From Hypanus sabinus (Eukaryota), in NCBI RefSeq assembly GCF_030144855.1, contig NC_082709.1:27590001-27654000 (forward strand): DNA of 64,000 nucleotides, written 5' to 3'. The position numbers and the translations under genes were made by a program. Shown in pieces: positions 12,265-26,170 of the stretch (within the stretch, counting starts at the first letter, position 1; every line of letters starts with the position of its first letter). Below the pieces are notes generated by a model that was given only the letters and a program-made list of their open reading frames with translations, did no database searches and was not told where the DNA came from.

Positions 12265-14340
12265 AGTCAGTCATAAAAAATGCAGCACAACCTCTTTGGC
12301 CCATCTTGTCCATGCCAAACCACTTAACCTGCCTAATCCAATTGACCTGCATACAAACTGTAGCCCTCCATAACCCTACCATCCATATACCTATCCAAAC
12401 TTAAATATTAAAATTGAGCTTGCATGCATCACTTCGCTGGCAGCTTGTTCCACACTTAATGCGAACCTGAGTGAAGAAGTTTCCCGTTAGGTGTCACCCT
12501 AGTTTGGAAAGGGGTCCAGAAGAGATCCTATGAACTATGCTGCTATTAACAAAGAGAGAGGGAGGCATCCAGAGGAGGGAGGGGGAGGGGGAGGGGGAGA
12601 GGGAGACTGCTCGAAAGAATGATGTTACTGTTCCTCTGCTGATTGTTCACCTTTCACAAGGATACTTGCCTGCTTATAGAGAGTCTGCAGAAAGCGACGG
12701 GAGGAGCAGGTTGATGGACAGCTGGTGTCTGTCCAACATGTGGAGATAAAAAGCAGATCCACTGTAACACAGACACACACCAGGACGCACCATGAGGCAC
12801 ACACAGTGTCGGACACTGAACGAGCTTTGTGCACCCACGTGAAGGTAGGGTTTTGGAGGATCGATTCAGGGAAATCGATCGGTGGCCAAGGTGCGACCGG
12901 TGGGGAGTTATTTGTGTGTCCACCCTTGCCTGGGTGTGTCATACGTGTTATGGTCATAGTCGGTGACCACAACGGGACTTCGGAAGACAATGGGAAGATC
13001 GAAGGCAACAGCTCACCTCTCTCTCCAACGTTACTCAACTACCTCGAACTGAACTTTCTTCATCATATCGTAAGACTATATCCACTTACCCCTAGTTTTG
13101 TTCCTATTTCCACATACACACACACACATATATATATCATTGCTAACCTGTTTGATATATTTGCATTTATATTACTGTATTGTGTAGTTTACTAATAAAC
13201 ATTATTAGTTTATAGCAATACCAGACTCCAAAGTGTTTTTCATTTCTGCTGGTTCTTTAACCCGGTCACAGGGTACGTGACACCCCTCATGTTCCCCTTA
13301 AACTTTTCACCCTTAACCCATGGCCTCTAGTTGTAGTCCGACACAACCTCATCTTGAATGCCGAACAACTGAACCTTTTTGACCAACCTCCCATGCAGGG
13401 CCTTGTCAACTGCCACTCCAACAATGGTCACTCTTCCTATTTCTAACCTCAGTAGCAAACCTGAGATCACAACCCTGGAGATCCAGCCTTTTAACTTAGC
13501 ACTCAACTCCCTGAACTCAGTTTGCAGAACCCAAGTCAATCTTACAACCCATGTCATCAGTACCTACATGGGCAATGACCTCTGGCTGCTCATCCTCCCA
13601 CTTAAAAATGAGGACTACTTGATCAGAGATATTCCAGACCCTGGCACCCTGGAGGTAACAAACCATATGGAAATCTTGTTCTCATCCACAGGACCTCCTT
13701 TCTGTTTCCCTGAGTGCCCTATCACCACACTCCCCCCTTCTCTCCCCTTTCCTTTCTGAGTCACAGAGCTAGACACTTGACCACTTTGACTTTCCTCCGC
13801 TAGGTCAACCCCCAACAGTGTCCAACCTATTGTTGAGGGGGTGGCCACATGGGTACTCTGCACTGGCTGTTTAACCCCTTTCCCCTTCCTGACTGTTACC
13901 CAGTCTCCAGTATCCTGCACCTTGGGTGTAAGTAACACTCTATATGTCATATATCTATTACCCCCTCAGCCTCCCGAATGATCTGGAATTCATCCATTTC
14001 CAGCTCCAACTGCTTAACGCATAGTGTGAGAAGCTGTTGGTGGATGCACTTCTTGCAGGTTAAGTCGTCAGGGACACTGGAGGTCTCTCTGCCTTCTCAC
14101 ATCCCACAAGAGAAGCATTCAACTATCTTCCTGGGACCCTTATGGTTCTGACTGTACAAATATAAAGAAGGAAAACAATTAGTAAATGGGGAGGAAAAAA
14201 AAAATCTACCTACAGCTTTTTCGCCTTTTCTCACTCAAGCCTCTCCTCGCTGAAGCCTCAAAATCCCCACTCTTCAACACTGTCCATGTCACTTGCCCCA
14301 CCTTATTTTATTTTGTTCATGCCAATCAATTCCAATCACT
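12265..14340 (-). mobile_element. CR1 LINE pieces (3' tail, RT fragment, ORF1/5' region), split by an LTR-like insert
   Basis: DKALHGRLVKKV (RT); GDWVTVRKGKG, SVVIG, RVVISGLL (CR1 ORF1 esterase-like); the 3' tail sequence resumes after 13282. Confidence 0.7.
12492..13282 (+). mobile_element. Solo-LTR-like insertion (~790 bp)
   Basis: TGTCAC...GTGACA inverted termini, AATAAA near 13194; interrupts a CR1 tail; no clean TSD seen. Confidence 0.55.
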
Positions 14341-14369
14341 GCTTCTCAAAACACCAGACTGCTGCGAAT

Positions 14370-15002
14370 TGATTCAGGAAGGGGAAGTTGAGGGAAACAA
14401 ACCAGTCCTCATCGAGGGGTCAGAAGCAGAAAGGGTGAGCAATTTCAAGTTTCTGGGTGTCAACATCTCTGAAGATCTATACTGGGCCCAATATATTGAT
14501 ACAATTACGAGGAAGTCATGACAGCTGCTATATTTCATTTTGAGTTTGAGGAGAATAGGTATGTCACCAAAGATGTCACTTTCAAGTTTCTACAGATGTA
14601 CTGTGGAGAGCATTCAAACTGGTCACATCACCATCAGGTGTACAGAAACCACTGCAGAAGATTGGAAAAAGCTGCAGAAAGTTGTAAACTCAGCCAACTC
14701 CATCATAGGCACTAGCCTCCCCAGCATCAAGGACACCTTGAAAAGGTAATGCCTCAAGAAGGTGGCATCCATCACTAATGACCTCAGCAGCCAGGATGTG
14801 CCCTCTTCTCACTGCTATCAAGGAGGCAGCATAGGAACCATAAGATGACAGCTTCTTCCCTTGGCCATCAGACTTATGAATTGCCTCACTACTTTTTACT
14901 CTCTTATATACAGTACACTGTAATTTATAGTTATTATTATGTATTGCAATGTACTGCTGCTATAAAACAACATATGCCAGTAATAATGAACTTGATTCTG
15001 AA
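14370..15002 (+). mobile_element. Rex1/Babar 3' fragment
   Basis: IEGSEAERVSNFKFLGVNISEDL, FYRCTVESI, KKLQKVVNSA. Confidence 0.8.
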
Positions 15003-15235
15003 CCAGCAATATACCACCACTTGTGGGCACCAAGCTTCAACAACATTTTGGAGCTCAGAAAATATAAGTTACAGTATTTTGGTGTTGTCTGCTTTGTAAC
15101 ATCATTATTTTAATGCTATACACATTAGGATCAGTTTAATAAAGCATATTGATAGTATCTTTATAGTTTATATTATAAAGCAATTTTTCTTCACAATGAT
15201 CTTCTGGAACCTGAGCATTTTGTTAGTTAATATTA

Positions 15236-15472
<237 letters not shown>

Positions 15473-15578
15473 TTAGTTTATTGTTTCCTTTGAGTTATAA
15501 AATATTATTTGAGTATTGATGGGAGTAACACATCCATATCCACATTTATGACTGACCATTTCTGTACTTATAATACAT

Positions 15579-16787
15579 GAGGAATGTTGACTAGGGTAAG
15601 GCAGTGGATGTAGTCTATATGGACTTATGCAAGGCCTTTGACAAAATTCCACATGGAAGGTTAAGGCGTTAGGTATTAATGCTGGAGTAATAAAATGGAT
15701 TCAACAGTGGCTAGATGGGAGATGCCAGAGAGTAGTGGTGGATAATTGTTTATCAGTATGGAGGCCGGTGACTAGCGGGGTGCCTCAGGGATCTGTTTTG
15801 GGCCCAATGTTGTTTGTAATATACATAAATGATCTGGATGATAGGGTGGTAAATTGGATTAGTAAGTATGCCAATGATACTAAGGTAGGAGGTGTTGTGG
15901 ATAATGAGGTGGGTTTTCAAAGCTTGCAGGGAGATTTATGCCGGTTAGAAGAATGGGCTGAACGTTGGCAGATGGAGTTTAATGCTGAGAAGTGTGAGGT
16001 TCTGCATTTTGGCAGGAATAATCCAAAAAAAAAATACAGGGTAAATGGTAGGGCATTGAGGAATGCAGTGGAACAGAGAGATCTAGGAATAACAGTGCAT
16101 AGTTCCCTGAAGGTGGAGTCTCATGTAGATAGGGTGGTGAAGAAGGCTTTTGGAACGCTGGCCTTTATAAATCAGAGCATTGAGTACAGAAGTTGGGATG
16201 TAATGTTAAAATTGTACAAGGCATTGGTAAGGCCAAATTTGGAATATTGTGTACAGTTCTGGTCACCGAATTACAGGTAAAATATCAATAAATTAGAGAG
16301 AGTGCAGAGAAGATTTACTAGGATGTTACCTGGGTTTCAGCACTTAAGTTACAGAGAAAGGTTGAACAAGTTAGGTCTCTATTCATTGAAGCGTAGAAGG
16401 TTGAGGGGGATTTGATCGAGGTATTTAAAATTTTGAGAGGGATAGATAGAGTTGACGTGAATAGGCTGTTTCCATTGAGAGTAGGGGAGATTAAAACGAG
16501 AGGACATGATTTGAGAGTTAGGGGGCAAAAGTTTAAGGGAAACACGAGGGGGTATTTCTTTACTCAGAGAGTGATAGCTGTGTGGAATGAGCTTCCTGTA
16601 GAAGTAGTAGAGGCCAGTTCAGTTGTGTCATTTAAGGTAAAATTGGCTAGGTATATAGACAGGAAAGAAGTGGAGGGTTATGGGCTGAGTGCAGATAGGT
16701 GGGACTAGGTGAGATTAAGAGTTCGGCACGGACTAGGAGGGCCGAGATGGCCTGTTTCCGTGCTGTGATTGTTATATGGTTATATGG
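15579..16787 (+). mobile_element. Relatively young 5'-truncated CR1 LINE within an ATP5MC intron (antisense to the gene)
   Basis: ORF 15735-16280 VTSGVPQGSVLGP..F.IYINDL...KYANDTK; ORF 16412-16708; GTTATATG repeat tail. Confidence 0.92.
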
Positions 16788-18099
16788 AAAGGTCATTGAA
16801 GCAGCCACAAAGGATGTTTGAACCTTAGAGATTATTCAGAGGAACTACACCTACCTAGGTTAAAGAAAAGTACATGCTCCCAAACCAATTTCAAGTTTAC
16901 CAAGGTTCATTGATATTGTAATCTGCCTAATTTGGCTAAAGACTGTCTTCTCCAATAATGGAGACCACAGGAAGAAACCAAGATTAAACATCCAATCAGA
17001 ACAGTATTGAAATGTATCCATTCCAAATTCATCGCATTTAGTTTTCCGCAAAGTAACAGGTTCTTGGTGTGAAAGTGACTTTGCCTCTACAAGGACAAAA
17101 ATCACTATCAAATTTGTCATGGACAGATTAATCTGCAACTGGTAGGCTTATCCTGTGTCAGCCAGCTTACTTAGTAGAGTTTCTATCTGGCTACTCTTGA
17201 CAATGGGTATTAAACTCTTCTACCCACAGTACACTTCATGCAGTTGCTAATCTCATATCTTGTTCTATGTGTTACTAATTACAGAAAACTCCTGATCTAT
17301 TACACAAGTAAATAGTAATAATCAGATTTTATTGTCTTTGTTCTACACAAAACCATGAGACTTCATCAGGTCTGAAAACAGGGCTGAGTACACAAAAAGG
17401 CATGCAACTGTGACATGTAAACTACTGTGTCTTTACCTTTGATATATCTTGTGAGTGGGACAAAACTTTTGGACAAAAATCCTAAGATACTTTTCAGTAG
17501 GATTTGGCAGGTCCAACTGACTTTGCCATTCCCAAATCCTGTGCCCAGGTAGAAATTTTCAACTATGTCAGTTCTACTGGCAAATTTACCCATATCAAGT
17601 CCTGTATATCATTCAAATACAAACAGAATATTAAACTCTTCAAAGAATATCACAGAATTTCATGAAATAATCATTGACAGATGAACAAAACCATGGCCAT
17701 GAGATAGTTTTTAAGAGTTGTTGTGAAAAAGCAAAGGGGTTTAGGACCCAAGCAAAGGCTGTGGCCAATGATAAAGCAAACAAACTCTGGGATAGGTAAT
17801 CTAACTGAGATGGAGGCCCACAAAGATATTTCGGGCTAAATAAAATTATAGAGATAGAGAGGAGCAAAGCCAAACTGCAAGTTTTAATAATCACAATGCT
17901 GCCAGACTAGGAACTCACAGTTGTTGCTAAACACAAGGGATGAAGGGTGAATGAAACTTCATGCAAGTTAGGAAGCAGATAACTGAATGTTGGATCAGCT
18001 CATTTATAAAAGTGAAAAGTCAGGAAAGCACTGGAATAATTTACTCAAAATAAATACCTTTATCTAAAGAAAACAAAGTTGAGTTTGAGGGTTCAAATA

Positions 18100-18400
18100 A
18101 CAAGCAAGTGCTGGAGGAACTCAGTGGGTCAGGCAGCATCTGTAGAGGGAAATAGATGAGTTGATGTTTTGGTCCAAGGCCCTTCACCTGGACTGAGAGT
18201 AGAGCAGAGTTGGCCAGTATAAAGTTGAGTGGAGCAAGAAGTGGCAAACAGTAGGTAGATTCAGGTGAATAGACCGAGAAGGGGAGAGTGGAAATTGTGA
18301 TCGAGGCTGGGAGGTGAGAGATGGAGGATGTAGAGAGCTGCTGCTGATGGAATGTGATAGGAAAGGAGCCTGTAATAGCATCATTATTGGAAGCAATGGG
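18100..18400 (-). mobile_element. Penelope pLTR/3' fragment
   Basis: TGCTGGAGGAACTCAG...GGCAGCATCTG arm followed by a purine-rich tract like 52744-53060. Confidence 0.6.
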
Positions 18401-18719
18401 CTCAGGAATGTATAAAAAAAAATTTAGATGAATGGCTTGGTTTTGGGCCAAATTTGCTTATGGTCTGCTTTAGCCTCAGAGCTGCTGCTTAGAACTAGAG
18501 CACTTCTGAGTTTCAAACAGTTTTGCACAGGCTCAATGTCACATGAGTAAACTACCACGTAATGCAACCAATGGATACAGTTAATTGAGAAACCAGAAAG
18601 TTGGGTGGGAGTGGAGGGTTAAAAGTGAGGCTCATAACTTTGTATATGATGTTTTAAAAATACAGGACATAAACATCCAGGTCTAAAAATCATACAAATA
18701 ATAAAGCTTGTTAACCTAC

Positions 18720-18797
18720 CTTTCCAGACTGACCCTCTGGTTTGTACATTAATGACACAGAAAGTGGTCTAGAAAGAGGTGCGGCTCCATTGCGAAC
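18720..18797 (-). CDS. ATP5MC: ATP synthase subunit c, coding exon 2 (presequence): VRNGAAPLSRPLSVSLMYKPEGQSGK
   Basis: TTTTTTCTAACTAG acceptor, AAG|GTAGGT donor, 78 nt in phase 0; RPLS/KPE motif resembles vertebrate ATP5MC2/3 presequences. Confidence 0.88.
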
Positions 18798-19399
18798 CTA
18801 GTTAGAAAAAATGACAAAAAAAAAACTCTGAATGGCTTAGTCAACATTTTTTAAATGACCCAGCAAGGCGATGCATTCATTTCTTGGAACTAATATCCAG
18901 ATTACTTGAATAAAAGTTTTATTCAACAAATGCTCATTTTGTCAAACTAAAGGTGCCAAACTGAATGGCAGAGCTTAAAAGGAGATAGATGGCCTGCCCC
19001 TGCATCTAAATTTTAATTAAGTGTTGAAACTAAACATGAGGTGGTGTCGCAAGTTTATAGGTGCAGATCCGATCATTCATTATGATTAAAAGTAAAACGT
19101 TTGGGTTCTAGTATTTTACATCTGCTATGTTGGACAGCCAGTAATACAGCGTAAAACACACAAAATTCGCATGACTTTTCGAATTACTTGCAAGGACAGA
19201 CGAATGTTAAGTCCTAGTTTAATGTACTAAACCCAAGCTAAATGACCTACAGCTTCCGCCGCACTTTGTTAATGCCAAGATGGTTAACCTCCCCAAGAGC
19301 TCGGTCATGGCGGCAACCCGTCTACCAGTATTAATCAATATTGTGTTTCAAATTCCTAATCTTGGTCTAATTCAAATCCCAGGCCCAAGTGCATTGTTC

Positions 19400-19790
19400 A
19401 TTCAGAGTGAAGAGGCACGGCGAGGCGAGGGGCCGAGTTCCCGAAGTGAAATACCACAAGGCCGACGGAACAGGCAAACGGCCTTCAGCGCGATCATCAC
19501 TTACCGCTGCTGCGGCCCACCAAGACACTTTCGAGCAGGCAAACATGATGATGGCTGAATCCGAATAGATAGACGATCACTAGCCAAGAAAATATAGGCA
19601 ACGCTCGGCGTTAGGTTTTTCTTTCAAAAGTTACCCGCAGAAATGGCAGTCCGTCCGGCTGTTACTCGGTGCGCCTCCTGTAACGGCCGCGCAGGCGTGT
19701 GAATGTACTCCGGCGATCACCCGGATTGGACAAAGACTATCGAAGGTCAACTGCGCGACGTGGTATCCCACATCTTGGTTCCACGGTATT
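19400..19790 (-). promoter_or_regulatory. CpG-rich ATP5MC promoter
   Basis: CpG enrichment; NRF1-like GCGCAGGCG ~19689-19697, CCAAT 19725-19729 (minus strand), AAGGTCA ERR-type half-site 19743-19749, YY1-like GCCATTT ~19641-19647 (minus strand). Confidence 0.65.
19505..19546 (-). CDS. ATP5MC: ATP synthase subunit c, coding exon 1: MFACSKVSWWAAAA
   Basis: ATCATCATG start, MFAC N-terminus shared with ATP5MC2/3, GCG|GTAAGT donor at 19504; total CDS 42+78+200+115=435 nt, 144 aa. Confidence 0.9.
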
Positions 19791-22199
19791 TGGAGGCCAA
19801 ATGCTAAAGTTTTCGGTCATAACATCAAAAGAATACTCAGCATTCAGAAATTGTTTCAATTGAAAAAATATATACTGTAAACGTTTTCCTCAGTTCAATC
19901 TGTGCTATGTGTTCGGGTAGTTTTGTGGCTAAAATATTCAAAATATGTTTTTGCAGATTAAATATAAACGAATTTCATATCATTCATCAAAATTTATGAG
20001 TCAGTGGTTTCAAAATGTTTTGTAAAAACCTGAAAAAATATTTTTGATCTATCACATTTGTTTAAATTTCCCGAAGTAGTTATCGTCTGTAAAATTCACA
20101 AAGTTTTTGGAAGTCTTTGTTGGAAACAAGGTCAATCATTGTTAAGATACTGGAATAGATGGCGAAATAAACCCCAGAAGAATTAGAAGGACAATGCAGG
20201 CAGCAGGAATGATTGAGCAGGCTTAAAGATCTAAGAAAGGTTTTTAAAAGTGGGAAGGAAGGTATTCAATTCAACAATGGAGCTGATATGATGAAGCTCT
20301 TTCCATCTGCAACTGTCAACGAACTAAAAGGAATTGTCTCGCACAGCGGGCTGACTTTACGTAATTTGTAGAAAATAAACAAAAACAATTTTATTGAAGG
20401 AACGATTTAGTGTGAGTCAAAAAAATCATTTTGTATTTGATTTTAGTTATCCTTCTTTACACTTTGCATCGCCATTACAAATAAATATTGAATCAGAGCA
20501 CCGGGTCTGGAGGCACGTCCTGGCAACATAGTAGCTTGTCTGCCAGTGGAATTTTAAACTCTAAGTTTACCTGTCTTTGTGATAAGCAAACCTCTGAAAA
20601 AGATTATTATGGTGTTAGAGTGATTTTTGGCTTTAGGACATAAACATTTAGCAATTGACTTTGGCTACCAGTCTTTACATCTGAAAATATATTGTGTATT
20701 TAATTTGGAGTGCTGCTCTGAGCAATGGGTTCCTAAAAGCTGTGAATCCCAGTCCAGACAATGCCGATTAAAATTCATTCGGATGTCTGTGGTGTGGGTG
20801 TGAATCAGGAGGTGTGAAGGTCAAAGAAAGCATTTTCCATAAATTGTAAACATGGAGTTTTCCTTTGATGTTTGGCACATAAAATATTGAGCCCTATGTT
20901 GGGCCAGTGAGACCTTTCCACTCTCCATACGATGACTGCTGTACCATGTTTTGTCAAATAAAGAAGCTGCTTTTTATCTACTGGGAATTTTCTCTGGTGA
21001 CTTCATTCATGCAACAATGGAAACATAGTAGGAGGCCATTTGCCTCATCAAATCCAAGATGGCTACCAGCAGAGCAGTCCCTTATCCCTTCCATGTAGTT
21101 CATATTTTATATCCTTGCAGTTCAGGTTAGGGTGAAGCCTTCAGGTTTGGGAAATGCAGTTGAAGAGGCCTTAGTAAAAGTGCAATGGTACTGAAGGGTG
21201 TGAACATTAAGGATATTAGACTGTGTCTGTTTATTTTGTATAATATCAAAACTTTTGAGTGCTGTCAGTGCCATACTTAACCAGGTAAGAGGAGATTTCC
21301 AAATCAAAGATCAAGTATTTTTTATAGATATGGAAAAGCTTGATGAATCAGAGGTGAGCCACCAACCTTGTCTTGCACTTGGGAGTCCCTGAATTTATCT
21401 GACTGGTCAAATTATGTTTCTGACCATTTGTGACTCTCATGAGGTGGATGGCATTGAAGTTGATGATTCTAATACTGAATATGAAGGATTGATAATTAGA
21501 TGTTTTCTTATTTGGGATGGCCATTGTAATTGAATGTCACAAAGGTTACTTACCATATATTGTGTGAACAGAAAATGTTGGAAAGTGCTGAAGAATACAT
21601 AAATGGCATCTTATTCAACTAATTGAATTGGTCCTGCTGTTTAAGATCAGCCGTACCTGGGTAATTTTAGATATTGTTGGATAGATGCCAGTATTAAGTT
21701 GTACTCAGCAGCTTAACATAGAATTCAGTCTTTTAACTAACACATCTTCACATTGCAGACAAATATTATCAGAAGCTTAGCTTTTGCTTTATAGCCAATA
21801 ATCTTAGCCATTCCTTAAAACCACATGGATGAAATACATTCCTGGGAAATTGTTATTTATGAGAGTAGAGGCCCCAGGAAGAAGTCACAATGGATCACTT
21901 GGTATTTTGGGATGAATATAATTGCAAATGATCTTGCAGGTTTTAAAGCCACCTCATTCCACTGATCCACTGGACCATTCATGATTTGTTGTGGCAGTAT
22001 GGTAGAACTATGATAATTTTCATAGATTGGGGGATTACTTAGCACTGTCCAATATACATTGCTTTTACTATTTATCATGCATACAGTTCTCTACTGAAGA
22101 TTGTTCCAGATTGACACATCATTTTTAGATATTCCTATTGCAGTTCCTGGTATATGTACTCCTCAATGAACTATGGTTGAATTACTGCCCAAATTATAA

Positions 22200-23060
22200 T
22201 GATAGATAACTCTGACTCCATTTACAAGTTTTCAGATGGCACCTTATCAAATAATGATGAGTCAGAGTACAGGAAAAAGATAGAAGATAGAGAGCTTTGT
22301 AACATGGTGATAACAACCTTTCCCTCAATGCCAGCAAAACAAAAGGTCATTGACTTTAGGAAGTGGGGTAGTGCACATTATCCAGTCTGTATCAATGGTG
22401 CTGAGGTTGAGAGGGTTGAGTTCCTTAAGTTCCTAAGAGTGTACATTACTATTTGCCTGCTTGGTCCAACCATTTAAGAGGCCAAAACCAAGAAAGCTCA
22501 CCAATAAATTTGCTTCCTCAGGAGGTTAAAGAGATTTAGTATGTCCCCATTGACTCTTACTGATTTTTATTGATGCACCATAGAATGCATCTTATCTGAA
22601 CACATCATGGCTTGGTACGGCATCTGCTCTGTTTGTGACTACAAGACACAGCTCAGTGCATCACATAAACCAACCCCCCCCCCCCCCCCATGGACTCCGT
22701 CTACACTTCGCACTGCATGAGGAAAGCAGCCAGCATAATCAAAGATGCCACCCACCCCAGATCTTCTCTCTTCTCCCCTCTCCCTTTGGGCAGAAGATAC
22801 AAAAGCTTGAATGCATGTACCACCATGGTCAAGGACAGCTTCTTCCATGCTGTTATAAGACTATTGCATGGTTCCTTATTACGATAAGGTTGACTCTTGA
22901 CCTCATAATCTACTTCACATCTTATTGTCTACCTGCACAGCACTTTCTCTGCAGCTGATACACTTTATTTTACATTTTGTTATCATTTTAAATTGTACTA
23001 TTTCAATGGACTGTCTAATAAATTAATCTGTATGAAGAGCACGCAGACAAGTTTTTTTTA
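22200..23060 (+). mobile_element. Rex1/Babar 3' fragment
   Basis: IYKFSDGT...ESEYR, INGAEVERVEFLKFL, RKAASIIKDATHP...LPLGRRYKSL. Confidence 0.75.
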
Positions 23061-24250
23061 AGTCAATCAGGTTTATTATCACTGGCATGTGACATGAAAT
23101 TTGTTAACTTAGCAGCAGCAGTTCAATGGAATACATAATCTAGCAGAGAGAAAAATAATAATAAATAAAGCGTAATAATAAATTAACAAGTAAATCACTT
23201 ACATATATTGAATAGATTTTTTAAAATCAGCAAAAACAAAAATACTGTATATTAACAAAAACAATGAGGTAGTGTCCAAAGCTTCAGTATCCACTTAGGA
23301 ATCAGATGGCGGAGGAGAAGAAGCTGTTCCTGAATTGCTGAATGTGTGCCTTCAGGCTTCTGTACCTCCTACCTGATGATTGCAGTGAGAAAAGGACATG
23401 CCCTGGGTGCTGGAGGTCCTTAATAATGGACGCTGCCTTTCTGAGACACTGCTCCCTAAAGATGTCCTGGGTACTTTGTAGGCTAGTGCCCAGGATGGAG
23501 CTGACTAGATTCACAACCTTCTGCAGCTTCTTTCAGTCCTGTGCAGTAGCCCCTCCATACCAGACAGTGATGCAGCCTTTCAGAATGCTCTGCATGGTAC
23601 ACCTATAGAAGTTTTTGAGTGTATTTGTTGACATGTCAAATCTCTTCAAACTCCTGATAAAGTATAGCAACTGTCTAGCCTTCTTTATAACTACATTGAT
23701 ATGTTGGGACCAGTTAGAGCCTCAGATCTTGACACTCAGGAACTTGAAGCTGTTCACTCTCTCCACTTCTGATCCTTCTATGAGTTTTAGTATGTGTTCT
23801 TTTGTCTTACCCTTCCTGAAGTCCAAAATTAGCTCTTTCATCTTACTGACGTTGAGTGCCAGGTTGTTGCTGCAGCACCATTCCACTAGTTGGCATATCT
23901 CACTCCTATACGCCCTCTCATCACCACCTGAGATTCTACCAACAATGACTGTATATTCAGCAAATTTATAGATGGTATTTGAGATGACACTGTGCCTAGT
24001 GACACAGTCAGGTGTATATAGAGAGTAGAGTAGTGGACGAAGCACACACCCCTGAGGTGCGCTAGTGCTGATCATCAGTGAGGAGGATATGTTGTCACCA
24101 ATCCGCAGATTGTGCTCTTCCAGTTAGGAAGTTGAGGATTCAATTGCAGAGGGAAATACAGAGGCCAAGGTTCTGCAACTTCTCAATCAGGATTGTGGGA
24201 ATGATTGTATTAAATGCTGAGGTATAGTTGATGAACAGCATCCTGACATA
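23061..24250 (-). mobile_element. Rex1/Babar 3' fragment, inverted relative to the neighbouring copy
   Basis: [54 protein letters not shown]. Confidence 0.85.
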
Positions 24251-24844
24251 GGTGTATATAGATACATGTATATAGAATGTATATTGATATATGTGATAAT
24301 AATAAATTAATTCAATGTCCAATGTTTTTCTTGCTGAGATGCTACATATTGTAGATGCCCAGATTAGTGTTGCTAGATTCATTTTGAATCTTTTTCATTT
24401 GAAATATTAGTACTGCATAACACAATACTTACTAGCTTATTGCAACACAGAAGTAGGCTAATTGTCCATCCAGTTGATGCCAAGTCCCAGCAAAGCAAAT
24501 CCCATCAGTCTCATTCTCCCATGTCCTATTGCCCTGAACCTAATCTTTCTTACTTGCCTAATCAACATTGTTTTTTTTCACAATTGGGGTATCTACAGTA
24601 ACCAATTAATATACAAGCATATTTTTGTGACATGGGAGGAAACGGACTTCCCCATAAGAAATCACAAGAATGTCTAGACTGCACAAGCAAGCCCTGGTCC
24701 CTGGAATTGAGATCAAATACAGTATGTTTATTACTTGTCCTGATTCTCATACTATCTGTCACAGACCAGGTCTCACAATTTCATGAGAGTACAGCCAGCT
24801 TTGGCACTGACAATCCATAGCAGACCCACCTATAATGCATTATA

Positions 24845-25412
24845 CACTCAGTGTCCACTTTATTGGGTGCCTTCTATACTAGGTAAAGTGACCACTGAGT
24901 GTATGTTTGTGGTCTTCAGCTACTGTAGCCCAACCACTTCAAGATTCAACATGTTCCGTATTGAGAGATTCCCTTCTGCACACCATTGTTATAACACATG
25001 GTTATTTGAGTTATTGTCACCTTTCTGTCAGCTTGAACCAGTGTGACCAATCTACTTTGACCTCTCTCATTAAAAAGGCATTTTTGTCCACAGATCTGCC
25101 ACTTACTGGATTTTTTTTTTTTGTTTTCTGCATCTTTCTCTGTAAACTCTACAGACTGCTGTGCACGGCAATTCCAGAAGATCATCAGTTTCTGAGATAC
25201 TCAAACCACCACGTCTGCCACCAACAGTCTTTCCACAAAGCCACTTAGGTTATATTTCTTCCCCATTCTGATATTTGGTCTGATAAACAACTGAACATCT
25301 TGATCATGTTAGCAAGCTTTTAGGTATTGTGATTCTGCCACTTGATTGGTTAATTAGCTATTTGCATTAATAAGCTGATGTATAGGTGTCCTAATAAAGT
25401 GGCCACTGAGTA
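24845..25412 (-). mobile_element. Non-autonomous Tc1-like DNA transposon with an extra internal TIR copy
   Basis: TA-CACTCAGTG(T/G)CCACTTTATT left end, AATAAAGTGGCCACTGAGT right end, third TIR at ~24885-24901; HTH remnant GQKCLFNERGQSRL..LVQADRKVTITQIT. Confidence 0.8.
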
Positions 25413-25627
25413 GATGCCTTTGCTTTCAAGCACTTTACTGCATGGATATATATGTCTTCTGAAGGAAGTAGTAAGTAGTAGTAGGAAGATTTTTTCCATG
25501 GATTTTAAAGGTAAATTTTGTGTCCAAATCTGTGTTCAATTTTTTGATACTAATGTGATAAATAAATATTATTATTATATGTTATTTTACATGGACCCTC
25601 ATGACATTCAACAATTTATATTTATAA

Positions 25628-26170
25628 GACCATAAGATATAGGAACAGAAATAGGCCATTCGGCCCTTCAAGTCTGCTCTGCCATTCAATCATGGGCTGA
25701 TCCAATTCTTCCAGTCATCCTCACTCCCCTGCCTTCTCCTCATACCCTTTGATGCCCTGGCTAATCAAGAACCTATCTATCTCTGCCTTAAATACACCCA
25801 ATGACTTGGCCTCCACAGCTGCTCGTGGCAACAAATTCCACAGATTTACCACCCTCTGACTAAAGTAATTTCTTCACATTTCTGTTCTAAATGGACGACC
25901 TTCAATCCCGAAGTCATGCCCTCTTGACCTAGAATTCCCTACCATGGGAAATAACTTTGCCATATCTAATCTGTTCAGGGCTTTTAACATTCAGAATGTT
26001 TCTATGAGATCCCCCCTCATTCTCCTGAACTCCAAGGAATACAGCCCAAGGTCTGCCAGATGTTAACCCTTCCATTTTTGGAATCATTCTTGTGAATCTT
26101 CTCTGAACCCTCTCCAATGTCAGCATATACTTTCTAAAATAAGGAGCACACTACACTCTAAGCGTGGCCT
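25628..26170 (-). mobile_element. CR1 LINE 3' end (HE1-like tail)
   Basis: LTLERVQRRFTRMIP; AGACCATAAGA tail. Confidence 0.8.

Noticed and set aside
12625-13195. Overlapping 137-156 aa ORFs
   Set aside because: Lie within the LTR-like insert; no protein motif recognised
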